From contig JAKPCG010000106.1 of NCBI GenBank assembly GCA_029553365.1, forward strand, positions 67,130-125,127: 57,998 nt of DNA, given 5' to 3'. The notes below the pieces were generated by a model, which did no database searches, was not told the DNA's origin, and saw only the letters and a list, made by a program, of their open reading frames with translations. The stretch comes from Acidobacteriota bacterium. Lineage in GTDB: Bacteria > Acidobacteriota > Aminicenantia > Aminicenantales > Saccharicenantaceae. Positions 54,968 to 57,998 of the stretch are shown here, piece after piece (within the stretch, counting starts at the first letter, position 1; every line of letters begins with the position of its first letter). The position numbers and the translations under genes are program-made.

Positions 54968-57382
54968 ATGAGCCAGAAAAAGGCTAATAAAAGTCGAGCC
55001 AAAGCACCTCTTGAGAAAGTTGTCTGGAGGAGGAAAAGAAAGCTTGCTTTCCTGTTGTCAATTATTGCTCTGGTCGTGATCGGTGTTTTTTTATATCAAC
55101 GTGTTTTTCATCCCTCATCCTCTCTTCTGGATTTCTGGAAAAAGAGAGGAGTTAACCAGCCAAATATTCTGCTGGTGACCATGGATACGACCCGGGCTGA
55201 TCATCTGTCTCTCTATGGGTATTCTGCCGTTGAAACGCCGAATCTCGATGAGATTGGCTCGAAAGGGGTGGTCTTTGAGCAATGTGCTACCGTTTCTCCT
55301 CTGACCCTGCCGGCTCATTGTTCGATTCTGACCGGCTTTTATCCTCCTTACCATGGTGTCAGGGTTAACGGCAATAATGCCTTGAGAGATGACCTGACCA
55401 CCCTGGCTGAAGTTTTTTCGTCTGCCGGTTATGGGACTGCGGCTTTTATAGGCGCTTTTGTTCTTGACGGTCGCTGGGGTCTCAAACAGGGCTTTAATTA
55501 TTATGATGACCACTTTGATTTGAAAAAATACAAGCAGCTTGACCTTGGCCTGGTTCAGAGGCCGGGTAATGAGGTGGTTGACTCGGCACTGAGCTGGCTC
55601 GAAAAGAATCAGAGGGAGCCTTTTTTTGCCTGGGTTCATCTTTATGATCCTCATCTCCCATACCAGCCGCCTGAACCTTATTTTTCCAGATATAATTATT
55701 CACCGCCGGTCAGCCTCTACGATGGGGAAATTGCCTTCATGGATGAACAGATTGGCCGCCTTTCTAAGTGGCTGAAAGCCAACGGACTCGAAGAGAAAAC
55801 CATTATCGTTCTGGTCGGCGATCATGGCGAAGGTCTGGGCGAACACGGTGAACTGGCCCATGGCTACTTTATTTATGATTATGCTGTCCACGTTCCGCTC
55901 ATCATTTCTACTCCCGACCAAAAGTTTCAGGGTAAACGGGTCTCTCTCGAAGTCAGTACAGTTGATATTTTCCCGACGGTAATCGAACTGGCCGGTTTGA
56001 AAGGCAGGGCTGCTCAGGGGCGTTCTCTGGTTCAAATGATGGCGGGCCGGAAAGAAAAGGAAATCCCTGCCTACTGCGAGTCAATGAGCCCTAGCTTGCA
56101 TTATGGTTGGAGTCCTCTACTGGGCTTAAGAACCAGCCAGTTTAAGTTTATAGATGCTCCACGGCCAGAACTTTATGACCTTAAAAATGACCCTGATGAG
56201 TATGTTGATGTTCAGAATAAATTTCCTCAAGCTGGACTCAATTTTAAGAAAGACCTGGATTCTTTGCTGGAAAAGATTAGCCAGGGGGCGCCTGAACCGC
56301 AGGCCGCTGACCTCGATGCTGAAACCGTCCAGCGGCTGGCGGCTCTGGGTTATATTGGGGCCTCGGTTAAGCTCAAAACGAGGCCGGCAGGAGAACTGGC
56401 TGATCCAAAAGACAAGCTGGAGGTTTATGAATTAATTCAAAGGTCAGGTGATTTGATCAATCAGGATAAATACCAGGAAGCTGCTGCCTATCTGGAAAGG
56501 GCTCTCAGCCTTGATTCAGCTATCCCTCAGGCCAGGCTGCTGCTTTCTACCTGTTATGCTGAACTGGGCCGAAGAGATGAAGCCAAGAGGCTTCTCGACA
56601 CTATCCTGAAAGAAGATCCCGATTCTATTCAAGCTCTAATTGGATTGGCCAACCTGTTGCTGGCAGAAGGGCGCGATGAAGAGGTTATTTCTTTAAGCAA
56701 GAAAGCTCTGTCGCTTGATGACAGAAATATCCAGGCTTATACGCTGATAGGCGAAGTGTATCTGAAAAAAGAAGAGCCGGATAAAGCCTTACCCTACCTG
56801 GAAAAAGCTCTGGAGATTCAGCCTAAGATTACCAGAAATCAATTTAATTTAGCCTTATGTCTAGCCGGCCTCAAGCAGTATGATCGAGCCGAACCTTTAC
56901 TGCAGCAGGTTCTTAACGACTATCCTCGCTTTCCGCTGGCCAATTATCATTTAGGCTTGCTCTATGAAGAGCAGGGCAAACTGGCTGAAGCCCAGCAGGC
57001 TTATGAAAAGGAGATAGAATATTATCCGAATCATTTCCGGGCCAGGTTTAACCTGGGTAAGATCCTGCTGGCGCGGGGAGATTTCGATGGGTATATGCAG
57101 CAAATGGAAAAAGTTATAGAACTCGCTCCGGAGGAAGCGGAAGGGTATCTTTTTTATGCTCGGGGAAAACTTCTTCGCCAGGACAATCCTGATGACATTC
57201 TCAAGCTGATTAATACCGGTTTAAGTCGAGCTAAAACCCCCGAGTTGAAAGCCCTGGGCTATTATCTTCTGGCCGATGTTTATAACCGGCTCGGTCAGAC
57301 GCTAGGAGTGCAAGAAGCTCTGGCCAGAGCCAATCAATATAAAAATCAAACGGAGAATAAAAAAAATGAAAAGACCGATTAA
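54968..57382 (+). CDS. membrane-anchored sulfatase-like domain fused to C-terminal TPR repeats
   Basis: There is an N-terminal TM segment. 'LLVTMDTTRADHLSLYGY' and 'LVGDHGEGLGEHGELAHG' are sulfatase-fold motifs. The C-terminal roughly 330 aa are multiple TPR-like units (for example 'AYTLIGEVYLKKEEPDKALPYLEKALEIQP'). Confidence 0.82.
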   Translation: MSQKKANKSRAKAPLEKVVWRRKRKLAFLLSIIALVVIGVFLYQRVFHPSSSLLDFWKKRGVNQPNILLVTMDTTRADHLSLYGYSAVETPNLDEIGSKGVVFEQCATVSPLTLPAHCSILTGFYPPYHGVRVNGNNALRDDLTTLAEVFSSAGYGTAAFIGAFVLDGRWGLKQGFNYYDDHFDLKKYKQLDLGLVQRPGNEVVDSALSWLEKNQREPFFAWVHLYDPHLPYQPPEPYFSRYNYSPPVSLYDGEIAFMDEQIGRLSKWLKANGLEEKTIIVLVGDHGEGLGEHGELAHGYFIYDYAVHVPLIISTPDQKFQGKRVSLEVSTVDIFPTVIELAGLKGRAAQGRSLVQMMAGRKEKEIPAYCESMSPSLHYGWSPLLGLRTSQFKFIDAPRPELYDLKNDPDEYVDVQNKFPQAGLNFKKDLDSLLEKISQGAPEPQAADLDAETVQRLAALGYIGASVKLKTRPAGELADPKDKLEVYELIQRSGDLINQDKYQEAAAYLERALSLDSAIPQARLLLSTCYAELGRRDEAKRLLDTILKEDPDSIQALIGLANLLLAEGRDEEVISLSKKALSLDDRNIQAYTLIGEVYLKKEEPDKALPYLEKALEIQPKITRNQFNLALCLAGLKQYDRAEPLLQQVLNDYPRFPLANYHLGLLYEEQGKLAEAQQAYEKEIEYYPNHFRARFNLGKILLARGDFDGYMQQMEKVIELAPEEAEGYLFYARGKLLRQDNPDDILKLINTGLSRAKTPELKALGYYLLADVYNRLGQTLGVQEALARANQYKNQTENKKNEKTD

Positions 57383-57998
57383 AATTTTTCTGGCCGTGTT
57401 AATGTCTGTTCTCAGTGCTGGTTTTCTTTTCGGGCAATATCGAGAATATCATCTTTTTGGTCTGGTTATCGATTCCCAGCAGCAGCCACTGGCCGGGGTG
57501 GAGCTCCTTCTCCAGGATGTAAATACCAGCCGGAACTACCGGGTTAAGACCGATAAGAACGGCAAGTATGTTTTATCAGGACTACCCCATGGAAAATATC
57601 ATGTGACTGTAAAAAAAGATGGCTATGAAACCAGGACTTTTGACTGGGATTTTTCTGCTCCTCAGGAAAGGATGCAAAAGGTCGAAATGGAGACCATTGT
57701 TCTGGCCAGCGAGCAACAGGTCAAATTAGCCAGCCGGGCTAAGGAAGCCCAGCAGGCAGTGAATGAATCAATGGAAAAGATAAAAAAGGGGGATCTGGAA
57801 GGTGCCCTGAAAATATTGAGTGAGCTGGCCAGGGATTATCCTGATGATTCTAATGTCCGCTATTTACTCGGGCTAACCTACGGCCGGCTGCAGCGATATC
57901 AGGAAGCGGTGGTGGAATTGACCAGGGTGACTGAGCTGGTGCCAGAATTTGCTCCGGCCTATCTTCAGCTTGGCTATTGCTATCAGAACCTGAATGAT
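57366..57998 (+). CDS. CarboxypepD_reg-like domain + TPR protein (5' part; runs off the window)
   Basis: This ORF is not in the ORF track because it has no stop in the window. ATG 57366 overlaps the upstream stop by 17 nt. My translation is MKRPIKIFLAVLMSVLSAGFLFGQ...GLVIDSQQQPLAGVELLLQDV...TDKNGKYVLSGLPHGKYHVTVKKDGYE (carboxypeptidase-regulatory-like fold). TPR-like 'YLLGLTYGRLQRYQEAVVELTRV' follows. Confidence 0.7.
   Translation, partial: MKRPIKIFLAVLMSVLSAGFLFGQYREYHLFGLVIDSQQQPLAGVELLLQDVNTSRNYRVKTDKNGKYVLSGLPHGKYHVTVKKDGYETRTFDWDFSAPQERMQKVEMETIVLASEQQVKLASRAKEAQQAVNESMEKIKKGDLEGALKILSELARDYPDDSNVRYLLGLTYGRLQRYQEAVVELTRVTELVPEFAPAYLQLGYCYQNLND

Noticed and set aside
1-57998. Search by eye for CRISPR arrays, rRNA/tRNA genes, IS elements, integrases, or long direct or inverted repeats flanking the giant ORF pair
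   Set aside because: I recognised none. Intergenic gaps are short (under about 360 bp) and showed no cloverleaf-like or repeat-spacer organisation. A tRNAscan, Infernal or repeat-finder run would be needed to exclude small elements.

Overview
This is a bacterial chromosomal window with moderate GC by eye and Shine-Dalgarno-type ribosome-binding sites. It is densely coding, with about 37 protein genes. I recognised no rRNA, tRNA, CRISPR array, transposase or integrase by eye. Most content is recognisable. There is an inositol-lipid pair (a partial CDP-alcohol phosphatidyltransferase divergent from myo-inositol-1-phosphate synthase). There is a secreted GH38 alpha-mannosidase, a C69 dipeptidase, OsmC, an orphan LarA-like protein, and envelope or hypothetical genes. 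carAB is present, as is a self-contained Fry-type fructose-like PTS (IIC, IIB, and an HPr-EI-EIIA fusion). There is also a serine hydrolase, a DUF4097 repeat protein, nifSU, and a SYLF/APC-permease cluster. A same-strand glycan/GlcNAc utilisation locus runs GH18, GH42, ROK kinase, SIS, MFS, YdjC, NagA, GH116. It is followed by a sulfatase-like-TPR protein and a partial CarboxypepD_reg-TPR gene. The stand-out is 16487-23946. Two translationally coupled giant ORFs (1144 aa and about 1336 aa) show no catalytic or domain signature I can recognise. The first carries a textbook twin-arginine (Tat) signal and a C-terminal glycine-zipper-like hydrophobic module. The second has no signal peptide. I propose this pair as a candidate undescribed exported two-component system, possibly exported by Tat hitch-hiking. 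Function is unknown. All family calls rest on motif recognition in the supplied translations, and no database search was run.
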